From assembly GCF_004010195.1 (NCBI RefSeq), contig NC_057725.1, positions 57,258,323 through 57,322,322 on the forward strand: DNA of 64,000 nucleotides, written 5' to 3'. Made by a program: the position numbers and the translations under genes. Below, piece after piece: positions 23,553-37,809 of this stretch. Position 1 is the stretch's first letter; each line of letters starts with the position of its first letter. This stretch comes from Chiloscyllium plagiosum (lineage: Eukaryota). The notes beneath the pieces were generated by a model that saw only the letters and a list, made by a program, of their open reading frames with translations, did not search any database and was not told the DNA's origin.

Positions 23553-24750
23553 TAAAATCCAGTCAGAGTTTGTGCTTGCGTCACTGGGATGTGCCTTACA
23601 CCCCAGTCTTCTGACACCAAGGCAAAATTGCAACCACTGAACCTTTGCAGATAATTTTGCCAACCAAGCTCATGCTTCAGCTGTAGCAAATAAAGATCTG
23701 CATATTCTTCTTGTGGTGAAAAAGTATTTGTGTAAGCATTTACTGTATGGTGTTATCTGTTCAAATCATGCATGATTATTCCAATAATTGTCTCCTTTGA
23801 ATTTTCAAAGCATCATTGTGATAAGTTTACATATTTAAAACAAAATCAATCACTTAAGTATTGGAATACAGAGTAAAATCTCAAAAACTTGTAGATGACA
23901 CCAAACTTGGAGACATGGTGAACAACGAGAGTAAGAGAGACCCCCTGAAGTGCATTGTAATTATTTCCTTCCATCAAAGGGTCCGCTAGCATTCTGGTAA
24001 CTTGTTGTATTAATTAATCGAAGAGTTGATCTTTTGTTTGATCACCCCCATCCAATTTCTTCTTCTTTGAATCTGTGGCTGACTTCGTCATGTCTCAGTG
24101 AAGTGCCCGGAGACATTTCTCCTATATTAAATGCACCAGCAGAATGTAAGTTGATGCTTTGTGACAGTTCTTGAAGAGAATCTGCAGTAGATTTGAACGT
24201 TGTAAGGTGAAGTGGCAAGTAAGGAAGCTGTAATAAAAGCATAAATTGAGAGGTTGCAATGCTGTGTGAGAACGAGGTAAACATTAGATGAAGTGACAGG
24301 AGTTCACATCTCCTGCTATTCAACACTTGCATTAACACTAGCATCAATGCTGCATTGAGGCAGTCTGAAATTTATCCAGTAAGCGACTCAGCAGTTTGGA
24401 TCACAAAAGCCCCAAGTTCTGCTGAAACTGTTGGTTTTATTTGGGGTGTTTGCAGGGAATATCCGGTTAGCTTCAACAGTTCTGATTATGGAAAAAGGCT
24501 TTTGCCCAGATTACTATTTGGTAATCTTTGTTAGAAGTGGAAGTAAATGCTGAGTGACTGAGGATAGGGTGAAGCTTGTGATCCTTTGTTGAATTACCAG
24601 CAGCAATCCAGTCAATGGCGACATCAAAAGGTACTGCTTCTAGAAAGAAAGACCTTGTGTTTACATCGAGAATTTCAGATTTCTGAGAGTCCTTTACAGC
24701 CAATAAACTGAACTGAATGTTGTACTCTGAATAAAATGGCACCCAAATTC

Positions 24751-25204
24751 AGAGTCATACAGATGTACAGCACAGAAACAGACCCTTTGTTCCAACTCGT
24801 CCATGTTGACCAGGTATCCTAACCTAATCTAGTCCCATTTGCCAGCACTTAGCTCACATCCCTCGAAACTCTTCCTATTCATACACCCATCCAGATGCTC
24901 TTTAAATGTTGTATTTGTACCAGCCTCCACCACTTCCTCTGGCAGCTCATTCCATACACGCACCACCCTCTGTGTGAAAACGTTACCCCTTAGGTCCCTT
25001 TTAAATCTGTCCCCTCTCACCTTAACTCTATGCCCTCTTGTTTTGAACTCTCCTACCCCAGGGAAAAGACTCTGACTATTCACCCTATCCATGCCCCTCA
25101 TGATTTTACAAGCTTCTGTGAGTTCACCCTTCAGCCTTCAATGCTCCAGGAAAATGGCGCCAGTCTATTCAGCCTCTCCCTATAGCTTAAACCCTCCAAT
25201 CCTG
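24751..25204 (-). mobile_element. HER1-like LINE 3' fragment
   Basis: MRGMDRVNSQSLFPGVGEFKTRGH…RGNVFTQRVVRVWNELPEEVVEAG. Confidence 0.93.
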
Positions 25205-25264
25205 TACATAGTAAGATCCCATGTACAACTACGTGTTAATGACCATTTCATCTACATTAATAAT

Positions 25265-25405
25265 ATTGGTTGAGAGTTAAATATTGGTTTTGACGCTGGG
25301 GTGAACACTCCTGATCTTCTTTGAATAGTGCCGTGAGATCTTTCATATCTATCTGATAGAGCAGATGGGGACCTCACTTTAATAGCTCAGCTGAAATGGC
25401 ATGAA
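25265..25405 (-). mobile_element. Deu-domain SINE fragment
   Basis: ggttgagagttaaatattgg…ctttgaatagtgccgtgagatcttt is the antisense Deu core. Confidence 0.65.
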
Positions 25406-26084
25406 CTCCCATTTATCCTTTACAATAAACGCAAAGAGAGTAAGCTTCTAATCTTTGATGTTTTCATCTGATCAAGGTCCCTCCATCTTGGTTTGAGCTA
25501 AATTTTAAGATAGACTACTAAGTAACTGAAAACTGATTGCCTCTCCTAATCTGTGCACCCTGGATTAAATACAAGGTTGGAAAATGAGAAAAGAAATCAG
25601 GAAAAATGAAAACCACATGAAAATGACTGTGTGCGCACTAGATGTTGCAATCAAATGCTGATTTTGGGTTGCCTTGCTGTCCTGTCGCATACAGTTTTAA
25701 ATTAGTGTGTGAGAAGTGGAAAGTAGTTGTCCGTTTTATCTGGACCCAGAAGAGTTAATATTTCTGAGCAATTCTTCAATGAACTGCTGCATTGTTAAAT
25801 AATTAATTGGTCATGTTGTTGTGTTGCATCTGTGCTTAATGGTCTCTCGCTGCAGTTAACACATTAGGCTAAGTCCACAAGCACAATTTAATCACTCCAA
25901 AAGTAACTTAAGAAAAACATTTAAACCAAAAACATGTGTAACATATCTGCTCATCTTCTAAGGAAAGCACCCATGTCTCATACTTAGATTGAGCTAAAGG
26001 CAGTATATCTGATCAGAAAGACTCGCATGGTTTACACCTCACCCTGCCCATGGCTTCTTTGACATTGTTCATGCTTTTCAAAAG

Positions 26085-26968
26085 GCCGTAAGACATGGGA
26101 GCAGAATTCAGCTATTCGGCCCAGCAACTGTGCTCTACCTTTCAATGAGATCATGACTGATCTGAAAAAATCTCAACTCCACCTTCCTGCCTAATCCCTA
26201 TAACCCTTGATTCCCTTACAAAATCTGTCGAACTAGCCTTACATTTACGTACAGACCCAACCTCAACAGCCCCCTGTGGTAAAGAATTCCACAGAAACAC
26301 CGTACTTCGAGATGAGAATCTAACTGGATGACTGCTTACTCCTCTCCCACATGGGAATACCACCTCTCCACTACCTACCCTGTCAAGCCTCCTCAGCTCC
26401 TAAGAATTTTGTATGTTTCAATCAGGTTATCTCTCATTCTGTACTCCAGTGAGAACAAGCCCAGCCTAACCAGGCTCTTCTCATCAGAAAATTCCTCCAT
26501 ACCCGGGGTCAACGGAGTGAACCTTCTCTGGACTGCCTCCAATGTCTATATATCTTAGATATGGGGACCAAAACTGTTCACAGTATTCCAGGTTGTATCT
26601 AACCAGTCACTTGGTATAATTTTAGCAAGGCTTCACTATTTCATACTCCATTCCCCTTGGGCTAAAGGCTAACCTTCCATTTGCCTTCCCTGTTACCTGT
26701 TGAACTTGTTTTCCTGGTTTTCCTGCATTTTTCACATTGCAGTCCATCTGACAAGTGTGTTCCCAATCCATATATCCCCCCGCAGACGTGTTGTGTCGTC
26801 CTCACCAATTGCTTCCCTCCTTCTTTTTTGGTTTCCTCTACAAGCTTGGTGACCCTACCTTCTTTTCCCTCATCCAAGTCATTCGTAAACATTTTAAATA
26901 ATTATGGCACCAGCTCTGATCGCTGTGGTTCTCCACTAATTACAGGTTGCCATCCTCAAAATGCCCCA
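26085..26968 (-). mobile_element. Decayed CR1 LINE fragment
   Basis: FTNDLDEG…VTKLVEETK (decayed FADDTK), LWNSLPQGAVE; CR1 3' end at left. Confidence 0.82.
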
Positions 26969-28248
26969 CTTGTCTTGCTCTTTCTATCTGCTTCCAAGGA
27001 TATTGACTTCCGTTGGGCTGTAATTCCATGGGTGGTAATCAGACTCTCGATTCAATGGAACCTCAGATTGCATCAGGCAGAGAGTTCACAAAGGGAAGCT
27101 GCAACAACATTTTCCTGAATTGAACAAGAGCTTTATTTCCCAAACTCAGAGACCCTCATGCCAGTTTTAGGTTAAGGTTTAGAGTGAATCTAGCATCTAA
27201 TGTGCTAAATGATTTGCCTCCAAACAGACTCAGAAAATTTACCCTGTGCCTGAACAGTGAGGTCCTCGGTCCTCTTGATTTTGGGCCGAGGTCAATTCGC
27301 ACCGAGCTGTTGACAAAGCAACATTAGAAATTAGGCTGTTCGTGTAGGTAAATAAGGAATGGATGAGCAATATAGTTTTGGTTGAGGGTTGAGCAGAGGG
27401 GGAGCAAGGGTACCAGTCGGTAGATGAAGGGAAGGTCCACTTTTCCATAAGGACATGATGAGCACACCCACTCAGGTAACTCTAAAGTTTTACCACCTGC
27501 CAGTGCAACATCATACCCTGGGAGCCCAACCCAAGACAAGTGAATCCCTGAGGCAATGAAAAATCAGCCACAGATCCTGCAAGTCAGAATCCTACTTGGG
27601 ATAAATCACATGAGTTTGTAACTCATTCCTGGGGCAAGACACATCTATTTTGGCCGATATGGTGGGTACCACATTTCTGGTCAGAAATGTACGCACCATT
27701 CCCACTTCCCATGTTTGAAATGTAATAATCTAGTTAGCATTTTGAAACATACACTGTACTGTCGAACTTATAGTCAACAGTCTTTACAGTCAGGCTCTGG
27801 AACTGCCTAGCATTTTCTTTTGACAACTTCAACTCACTAATCCACTAATAATGTTAATAAAACCAATACGGCGTGCAATTTCATTGGTTTAATTTTACAA
27901 CCCTTACAAATAATTTCAATTAAAACAGCATGTTGAGTTGTTACTTCTCTCCTTCACCACCCTCCCCCATGCTCCCACCAGCACATTGTTGTTGTGAATT
28001 TGCAGTTATTTTAAACAAAGGTGGTGGTCCTTTGTTTAACCGGCAAGGCCACTGGCAGGAGCATGTATCACTCGGTCACTTATTCTCCACACTGGTCATT
28101 TAATATTGTCAGACACAACGTTTAAACTGGGTGTTTATTTGCAGCTGGATGTGGTTCCCACTTGCAACATGGCATTTCACTGTGCTGAGGCTGACTCTGG
28201 ACCGGGTAGTTCATTGCAATGGTCTAAGGCTACGACTGATTCCATGTC

Positions 28249-28365
28249 AGCTCTGATGAACAGTCATCTAGACCCGAAACATTAGCTTTCTCTCTCCAAG
28301 GGTGCTGCCTGACCCGCTGTGATCTCCAGTATTATTTGTTTTCATTCCAGGTTCCAGCATCGGCA
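28249..28365 (+). mobile_element. Penelope-type short element, family A-related
   Basis: agct-CTGATGA-a-cagtc atcta gaccc-GAAACATT-agct followed by gctgcctgacc…ttccagcatc. Confidence 0.68.
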
Positions 28366-29980
28366 TTGATGCTAGGCCTCCTTATCCTCTCTGCCCATCC
28401 CTGATGGTTCCCTCATGTCTCCAATGCTAACTTATGCTCCCATGTTCATCACAGGGGCTTTTTGTTTCCCCAAATGCCAACCTATGCACCCCACCTACCA
28501 CCATTGCCCTCCCTCCTCCATATAAACTCACTTACTATCTGTCATGGGCTAACTGCGGGAGCCGTGCTGACACAAAGTGAAGTCATGCTTCTTGATGATA
28601 ACACTACTTAAAAAATACACACATTGATTTTTGTTTTAGAAAGTTCATTGAAAATCCTCAACTGATCTCTTGTACAAACAAACATTTGTACCCTTATGGT
28701 TTTTGACAGCTTTGCCAGATCCAGAGGGTCTGTAATGTTTGAAATGTGATTTAGCTGTTTTGATTTACATGGTTAGAACAAGCATTGCTTGGGATTTTTT
28801 TTGTGGGGATCTGCTAATAGCACTGGGACTAGCTCTGGACTAGGGGTTTCTTTGTACAGAGGTAGGGCTCTCTAGATTAATATGGTTTTCTTTTCTTGTT
28901 TCAAACTGGATAGACTGAGCATTATCTTATGTTGAATTGTTACTGGTACTGACTGTGTCTCATTAACATGGCGTTAAGAACAGATGTTCCTTCAGAACTG
29001 TGATCCCACAGAATAACTCAATCATTCTTTTGATGTGGCTTACAGGGTGGAATGGTGAGCATTTGCACCATTAATTACTGCGACTAATGATATGTTTAAC
29101 CATCCCTTAATATTTGCAAGCATGTCTGCCGAGCAGAGAGTTGGACATCCTCTTATCAGCTGCTGTCACTGCCTCTATTTCTTTCATGTAATTAATATGA
29201 GTAGCTTGACTCTGGGTTTATGAAATAATCAAACTGTGTAAAAGAGGATCTAGAAATCATCATTCATTTCCCAGGACTACTTAATTATTGTCATCTTAAT
29301 GAAAGAAGAGTTGATCATTTTACTTCTGTTGGAGGCAGGGGGGGTTCATGGAGAAAGAACAAGTAAACCATGCTACCATGATATTTTTTGAGTGCAATTT
29401 TTCTCAACACATGCTGAGTTTGTAAATTAATACAGCCGCAAGCTTCATAAACCACTTTGTCATGGTCAGGGACCTTTAATGTGCAAGAAAACCAATGTTC
29501 AGACTTGTGCATCTGCACCCTTTTCCACACACAAAGGGCCTCTTCAATTCCCTGAGCTGAGAGCAATGTAAGTGACTGGGACAAACCTGGCTGCACCCTT
29601 CCAACAGTCTCGCAGTCGCACTCAGCACAGTGTGGCTGTGACAAGGTCTATGTTATATGAGCAGAAATGGTTGTTACCGTTTCCAAGTGCAAAACATAAA
29701 AATGCAATTTTATCAGGTTATACAGTGATTAAGCATTAAAGAAATTGAATAACTCCCCCCACAGATCTTAGCTCAGTGAACCCTTGGAAATGCTTTGAAT
29801 GGAATCATTAATCTCACGGGGTGGAAGCTTAAGCTTCAGACAGAGTAGATGTGTGGAAATTCCTAATTGTGTATTATTCTGATTGAGTGGATTCTCACAG
29901 AAAGTCAGGGGCAGCAGATTACACTTTCTCCATCTGACATATTTAAAATGGTTTCAATTTTCCTCGTGGTGCTCTCCAGT

Positions 29981-30012
<32 letters not shown>

Positions 30013-30040
30013 CCTCACTCACTCACACACACAATCACAC
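29981..30040. repeat. Compound microsatellite (CTGTCT)/(CT)/(CA)
   Basis: Directly visible; other short (CT)/(GA) tracts at 30549-30571, 31243-31258 and 61862-61885. Confidence 0.9.
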
Positions 30041-30134
30041 ATGAATCAGCAGCACAGATTTCCACAAGTGGAAATAAACACATGCTTTTTGATGCTTGAC
30101 GGGTGAAAACAAAAGTACTCAAAGTGAGTGTCTT

Positions 30135-30500
30135 TTGATAGCACCTGTCACAGACCCCAGGATGTCCCAAAAAGGTTTACAAGCCAATGAAGTATTGGTG
30201 AAGTAATAGTCTATGTTGTAACAGGAAAATGTGTCAGTCCATTGCAACAAACAGCAGTGAGGCCAGCTCATGTTTTTAACTGCTGTTCATGAGATACTTC
30301 TTGGCTGGAACACTGAAAGAACTGCTCCATTTTTCATTGATAATTTACACGCACATGAGGGAGCAGACAGAGCCTTGACTTTACATTCTAGCACCATCAT
30401 GGAAAACACAGACATGGTGGGTGAAAGGTGTTGTTCCTGCGCTGTACTATATTCTATCTTCAATGTCTCAGGCTTGAACCTCTTAACTGTGAAACAAGAG
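30135..30500 (-). mobile_element. Decayed Deu-domain SINE
   Basis: gatgtcccaaa…ttacaagccaatgaagta (L2-like tail) and catgagggagcagacagagccttgacttta (antisense Deu core). Confidence 0.5.
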
Positions 30501-33309
30501 GGCTACACCTTGAAGGTATAATATTCATATACTTCATGAGAACAGCTTTCTCTCTCTCTCTCTCTCTCTCTGCCACTATAGTTTTACTGCAAGTTTGACC
30601 GAGTTCCAGTTACAGTGATGGGGCATGAGCTAATATCGTGTCAGAGAAAATGTTAAATAGAATGCTGGCCGCTAACCTTTCAGATTGTTGATAGGATGTG
30701 GAAGGACAACTGAAGAGGGGAAGATTAATGCTCTTTAGGTGATGACTTTATGTCACAACCATTGACTTTGAAATATCGATCCTCTACAGATACAACGTGT
30801 CCTGCTTACAGTGTTTCCAGCCTTTGCCATTTCAGTTCAGATTTACAGCATCCATTGAATTTTGCTTTTTAATTCATAGACTATTTTTAAAAATCATTCA
30901 CAAGGCAAAGCACTAGGAGTGAAATCATCGCCCAACCACTTTTTGTGGGGAAAGTGACAGGCAGCTGTAGTAACTCTTCCATCCATCCAAAGCGAAAGGA
31001 AAGAAAAGAAAATTTGCTGAATGCTTCTTTCACAAAGCTATAGACAACAGAATTTAAATTTGACGCTTCAAAAAGTCAGCTGCAACTCAAGGCTAGCTCA
31101 ACAGGCAATATTATGCAGTGCACTCTACTCTCCAAGCCCGATAAGTGGGCCGCACATTGTAATGATTATTCAAAGGGCCTGGGCAATCTGACTCAGTTGA
31201 GCCTATGCGCAGGTGACAGGCAGAGAAAGGGGGAGAGAGGGAGAGAGAGAGAGAGAGACTCCAGCACTGAGGCTTCTGGAACCATCCATCAGAGCCACTC
31301 ATCCACGTGGGTAAGCCGCTAAAAGGAAAACAATAGTGTTATGTAACTGGCTTCAAGTGACACAGCCTATACTCATGAACAAGGGATACATCACAGGAGG
31401 CAAGAGCTGCTTAGGCATCCATTTTGCAGATAAAGACCTTTCTGTGACTATTCAAACCACTTTGTACTTTCGAAAGGGATTTCCTTTAGCAGTGTCTGAA
31501 CACTGAATGCACAGAGGCTGAAGGACTGAGCAGAGGGACCCTATCCACCATCCCCCCCCTCCCCCCATCTACTGCACCCCCATCGCTTTATGGTCCACTT
31601 CAAAGATTAACCAGTATATGATTAGAACATCAAGAGAAATCCCTGCAAATGCTGGTGCAATGATACAGAAGGATCAGGATAAAACTGTTTGAAGCCTTCA
31701 GATAATAATAGGATCAGTGACTGCAACACTGAATTTGATGGCACCATTTAAAAATGTCTTGCGCAGAAGAAACCAGAGGAAAATAGTCCCCAGCACACCA
31801 CCACCACCACCGCCTCCCCCCCACCCCCCACAAAGATTGTATAGGTTGATGGGAATTGCATTCTGTGCCTGGTGGGGAAAATGCCAAGTTTCTCCGAGAT
31901 AGTTTATTCAGTAATGTAGAATTACGAAATACTGTTCAATCCTATCCTCGTGGGGCTGACCATGCAGTTTATTTGGCAAAGGTGAGTGGTGTGAGGTTTG
32001 GAGGTTTGCACTGCTTAGTTGTATAACCTGGTTTGGCACTGTTTCTGATTTCTGTCTCTCACTGCCTTGTTTCCACCCACCATATCTCCCTCTCTGGCGA
32101 GTTTTTTGTTGAGAGAGTGTGTGTGTGTGTGTAAGCATTTTCTCCTTGTGTGTGAGTGAATGCACTTTCTCTGTCTCTACCTTGCAATTTCTGTTCATCT
32201 AATAAAAACAGAAAATGGTTGGCATACATTGCGACTCAGTAAAGTGAGTGATGGGCTAATGTTAGCAACAGTGACATTTCTTTAGATTGCACTCTCTCAC
32301 TCTTTTATACTTTCTCCTTCTTTGCTATTGTCTTTTTCTTTGCAAAATAAGGGCTGTTTCCCTTTTTGATAATACACTGTCTTTTTTTATTATTAATTGG
32401 GAGTCAAGCTTCTCCCTTGGTCAGATCCTACACTTACTCCAAAACCCCCTCATGAAGCAACTGAGTGTAAAAACCCAGCATTGTGCGTGCAGCAGAGAGC
32501 AGTAATCCATGTCCGGCATGGCTGCTTGTTCAGCGCCTGCTTCTCAAATACTTTGTTTTTGTTTAAAGTTTGGAACCGGGCCAGTCACTGAATGGCTTCA
32601 AGTTTCACCAACACTTGCAGAGGCATCCAGGACTTAAAGCTAAAGCAAAAGAAGGCAAACAGGGGAACGAAAGCGAACATTTAGAAAACTAACAGCAGTG
32701 TGTCTGAGCACAACACTACCTCAAACCTAGAAGATGCAGCCTCTATAATTTCCTTGGGCACCCAACATTTAATTGTTCTTTGATTCTTATCCATGTGACT
32801 TATGAGATTTGTTAGGATCTATCCCAAAGTGTGGTGGTTCCCACTGTGAGGATGGTTCCTCTCGGAAGTCTAAAAACTAAACAGCACCTGTAAAACTATC
32901 GGCGCCAGGCCTCCCGATTTCTAAACTTCCCTGTCCTCGAACCAGCTTAGACCTTGCAGGCAACCGTGTGCCCTGTCTGCCAGGCACTGACTGCTTTCAA
33001 AACCACACCAGTATGCTTGCTGAGCATCGATGGATTGCTCAGGCATTCTTTCATTCTCAAACTGATGTTCTGTCTTCTTTGTAAACAAAAATAAATGAGT
33101 ACCACAATGCGACACAAGGGCTTTCAATCTCTTCGTTCGCTGCTGGGAACGTTTGGGTTCAGCACTCGGGTTTCACGGAGTGGCTCAGAATGTGAGACCC
33201 AGGGAGCTGTGCTTCAAAGTCTAATACCTCCAAGCAGGTCACGTCGTGATGGGCTGAATGGCCTCTTTCTCTCCCACCCGTGGTGAATTTCTGTGATCTC
33301 TTGCAACCC

Positions 33310-33950
33310 CCTCTGACTGCCCTCAAGTCCCCACTCCAGAGCTTCAGCCACATGCTGACATCCCAGTGTGGTGTTGAGGGTGTGCCTTTTATCTTTCAGA
33401 ATGAAAGGTTAAGCCAACGTTTATACCAGGCCCCCCGGTTAGGCGGGCATAAAAATCCTCCATTACTAAATCAGGGTGGCATGGTGGCTCAGTGGTTAGC
33501 ACTGCTATCTCACAGCACCAGATTCGATCCCAGCCTCGGGCAACTGTCTGTGTGGAGTTCGCACATTCTCCCTGTGTCTGTGTGGGTTTCCTCTGGGTGC
33601 TCCAGTTTCCTCTGACAGTCCAAAGATGTGCAGTATAGGTGAATTGGCCATGCTAAATTGCCCATAGTGTTCAGGGATGTAGGGGTTAGGTGCATTAGTC
33701 AGGGGTAAATGTAGAGTAATACAGTTGGGGGAATGGGTCTGGGTGGGTTACTCTTCGGAGGGTCAGTGTGGACTTGTTGGGTCTCATGGCCTGTGAGACT
33801 CAGGTGTGGACTTGTTGAGTCTAATGGCCTGTTTCCACACTGTAGGGATTCTATGCTTCTCCTCAGCGTCCTGACCAATTAGGATCCTTCAGTAGACATC
33901 ATTAAAAGTGGATCCTATGATCATTGCCATTGTGCGATTTTGCTGTGACT
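33310..33950 (+). mobile_element. Deu-domain SINE split by an HE1 insertion
   Basis: aagtccccactccagagc…tctttcagaatgaaaggttaa… before the HE1; ctcagcgtcctgaccaat… resumes after it. Confidence 0.5.
33474..33860 (+). mobile_element. HE1-type V-SINE with internal ~30-bp duplication near the 3' end
   Basis: tggctcagtggttagc A box, ttcgatccc B box, V-domain; gtgtggacttgttg(g/a)gtct(c/a)atggcctgt occurs twice. Confidence 0.92.
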
Positions 33951-36900
33951 CCTACATCTTTTTTTTTGGCCTGGGTATTACACAGACTGACAATCATCAT
34001 CAGACTGCCACTGTATTCAATCTAAAACCTGTCTCTACACTGCTCCTGCTGGGTCTCCCTCAGTCAGCTTTCCCCAGAACTCAAATCCCATGGTGAACAC
34101 CATTGCGGCGCCATAGCATTAAGGGGAAACCGGGACTTGCTGCTTTTTTGTTTCAAATGCACTATTTGCTTTGCAGTAAGATTCAACATCCAGTGTAAAT
34201 GTGAGTGAATTGGTGAACGGATGAGTGAGTGTGGTAGGCAAAGGTGATGGATGGGTGAAGTTGGCAGGTGAGTCAGATGGCATGCAAGTAGGGTTGTAGA
34301 TGTGACAGCTACAGCTGTAGCTTAGGGTGGTCAGGCTGAGTTGAGGATTCAGGTTGGGGGGGAATTGTGGGGTAGTCAGTTCAGGAGATGGTGCATAATC
34401 GGAGGGAGGGAGTGTGGGTGTTGAAATGTATCAATGAAGGTAGTTGTGTGGGTGTGAAGGGAGTCAGGAGGTATTCTAGGTATTGGAGGAGGGCTGTACC
34501 TGAGTGATTGGGAGGGACATTTCGAGGTTCATTCAGAGTGAATGGGAGTGTCAGATGTTAGTATCTACCTAGAGCTTTCAAGCTATCTTACACTTCCTGT
34601 GTAACTATCCAAGTAAGTCAATCAGAGCTGTCTGAAGTCTTTAGTTGGAATATTCGTGGAGGGGCTCTGGAATCAGGAGAATTGCCCACTGGAAGGTCAA
34701 ACTTCCCAGGCAATTCCCACAGAAGTCAATGTGCCAGGATGTCTGCAGGGTCCCAATCAGCTTGTGCATCAGGGTTGTCAAGATTTAGGTCATTATAAAT
34801 ACCCTTATTTTACCTTGTTCTCTCTGAGGCAGAAATGATTTTATCGGTAAAAAACAAATTTACTGTTTTCGCTTCTGCTTATTATCTGTTGGGATGTGGC
34901 ACTGTCAGGGACAGAAGATTCTGTGGAGCAGGAAAGGGGAGCCTGGTCTAACCCATTTATCTGGCAAGGTAGAAATGGGTGGGAGAACAAGAAATATTAA
35001 CAGGTCAGAGAGATCGGAGCAAAATAAATTAAGTTTATTCTACAATTAGTCCATAAGTCCACTAAATCTCATTCTTGTAAGGTTCAGGTGTGGAATTTTA
35101 TTTTTGATGCCACTTGCTCAGTTATATCCTCATTGGCATCTTTTCTTTTCAGTAGACTTGAGTTAATTTTCAGTTTCAGTTAATTTTCTCTATTCTCAAT
35201 CCATCTCTAAATCCAGGAATTAATTTGTTTTCAATTATACACGTTGCTCGCTAAGTACCACTAGGATACGGAATTAATTGGAGGAATCATTAACCATTTA
35301 TTCTACGGTCCTGGTAATTGAGTGTTGCATATTAAAGCAAAGTCCCCGTTCTGTTCTCCACCCACTTGACCTCTCACCTAACCCCCGATTATAGTAAGAG
35401 AAAGCAGTCCTGTCATACAGTCATGGTAGGGGAGAGGCTAGAGGTGATGCTGGAGCTGTGCCAACGCACGTTCTGTGCCGCTGCAACTCTTGGTAAGCTG
35501 GCCCTACTTTCTTCCAATCCTATTCACCCATGACGAGTTCTTTAATAGCTGGATTGCTGGATCAGCGCAAAGTGCCACATAGAATTAGTGGGAGTGTGCA
35601 CGGGAGCGGTGCTTCCAAAAGGCTGCACTAAATATTCAAGGCAATGAGTTTGATTTGCAACCTTTGACACTGACAACCAGAGAACAGCCACAGTTGTATG
35701 TTTGCTTTTAACACTAGCTTCCCTCTTAATAAACTGCTCTAATTCATGTCAACTTTCTAACTGTACGTACATATTTCTTCTTACTGTTCTCCCCTCACTT
35801 TGCTCATCTTTTCCCTCTTTCTGATTTTCCCTTTCCTTCTCCTTCATACTTCTAATTTTGTTTGTCATCTTGTTCATGTCCCCCCTGAGCATTCAGACTT
35901 TGTAAATAAAATTGTCAAAAAGCTTCAAATTCACCTCCGGGAAACTTTAAGCAATGAGAAACAAGACAACAAAGTGCTTGGACGAGGAGTATTATATAAC
36001 TTTATATTTCTTTCCCCTTTGTGTCCATGGAGAAACAGATTAACTAGATTAGAAACTAGTGATGTGTTTCAGTCCTGTATATGGATCCTTGCGTGTACAA
36101 AATGGCTATGACATTCACCGACATTGCAACAGCAACTGGATATCAAAACGATTCATTTATATGGAGCCACTTTGGCATCTCTAAGAGATGTGATAAATTG
36201 CTATAATAGTGTAAGTTCTTTGACCTAACATTCATTTACTCCTGCTACAGAAGTTAGCATAAGTATCTTTAAAATTGACTTAATGGGTCTTGCATGATAG
36301 AATTGGCTTCCAGCTTAATTAAGTGATAAATTATTTACATTGAATTTTGGTCATTTGTTGTAAAGTAGCCAAACAGAAGAAGCCTACAGTCAGGGACAGG
36401 GAGAGAATCATGGACTGTAATGGTGTTCCTCCTTCTCAGCTCCTTATACCCACCCTGCCCTCACTTTTAACCTTCAACAGCTCATGTTGGATCCTAGAGA
36501 ATAGGATAACGGAACAAACATTTATTCGGAGATGTGATGATGTAGTAACAATGCCTTTTGTATTTGAGTTGACCAATGGTGTATTTGAACTCCCACAGAA
36601 GCAGAATAATAAGAATTCATCAATATACTGAACGATTAAATCTCTTTCACACTAAAGCCACAGCATTCAGGGAAAACATGACTTTCCTAAACGTGACAGT
36701 ATTCCAACTGGCACAAGACAACAGACATAAATTAGCAACAAAAGCTTTTTTTTCAAATAACACTTCTGCACACAGAATACCATCACCCTAAACATACCTT
36801 TCACAGATGCAAAAGGTCACAGTTAATGTGTTTCATTATATATGCACAAAGTTGGAGACATCTTCGGTAGGCAGTTGCTATTCTATCAACTGCATCTCTG

Positions 36901-37809
36901 TCATAATTGCAGGTTTACATTTGACAATTGATAGTGTTCAGCACAATTGCCATCTGCTATATTTTATCTTGATAAAGTAACTTCTAAAATTATATCACCT
37001 TAAGTTAGAGATTCCACATTAAGTTTCAAGGAACTCCTTAACTCAGTGATTTCAATTTTTCCTGGCCCCTAATAAGTTGAGTATTCCTTTGTTGGCAGGT
37101 TTAAAGCTGTGTTATCTCATTCAGAGCCTCTTTCTTCTCCCCTTATCTTGCAACCTCCTCCTTTCACGCCTCACAACTACCCTTTGCTGCCTCCTCTTTC
37201 CAGTTCCCCACCACCAACAGCAGCCACCAGACTTGGTTAAAGGAGACCCCCAGAGACTCAGATGTGCCCTCTATAGCGTACGCCCAGCTCAGTGCACCTT
37301 TCAGACCCAGACCCGGCTCATTCCACACCTCATCTTATCACCCAGGCCCAGATGACTCAATGCACTCTCCAACCCCTGGATACAAATCAATACAACCATC
37401 CCATTTGCTTCCCCACCCTCGAGGCCCAGACCCAGCTCATTGCACACTTCTGTGGCCTATCTGGCCTGATGCAACATCCCCACCAATAGCATCTCATCCC
37501 CTTCCTAAATGGCTGAATGCACCACCCCTCCTCCACACCGAAATATGCTGCAGAATAAGTAGTTAGCCTCATTCTAAAATTCAAATGAGCAATGCTGCTG
37601 ACTACAAGTAGGTTAGTTGTTTGTTCTATTGCCACTAAAACCAGAGAGGAGAATGGTTGAAGACCCAAGGGACTCCTGTATCAGGTTTTTTACACTCTAT
37701 CCTCTGTCACAACAGCCATTTTGCTGCAGGTCTGGCATAACATGTGGGACACGCTGAGTAAAGGAGAAAAGAGTTCTTTCAATACTAGATGTGAGTGAAC
37801 TAAAGGGTT

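Noticed and set aside
30735-30870. Further family A-like relic (also ~32200-32285 on the minus strand)
   Set aside because: Too decayed to call the ribozyme core or ends with confidence.
31717-31902. Polyproline ORF
   Set aside because: Produced by a (CCA)n/poly-C microsatellite.
34130-37560. G-rich block (34200-34780) and C-rich block (37210-37560) as an inverted pair or G-quadruplex system
   Set aside because: Only compositional complementarity is visible; I could not align them. They are likely separate decayed transposon interiors.
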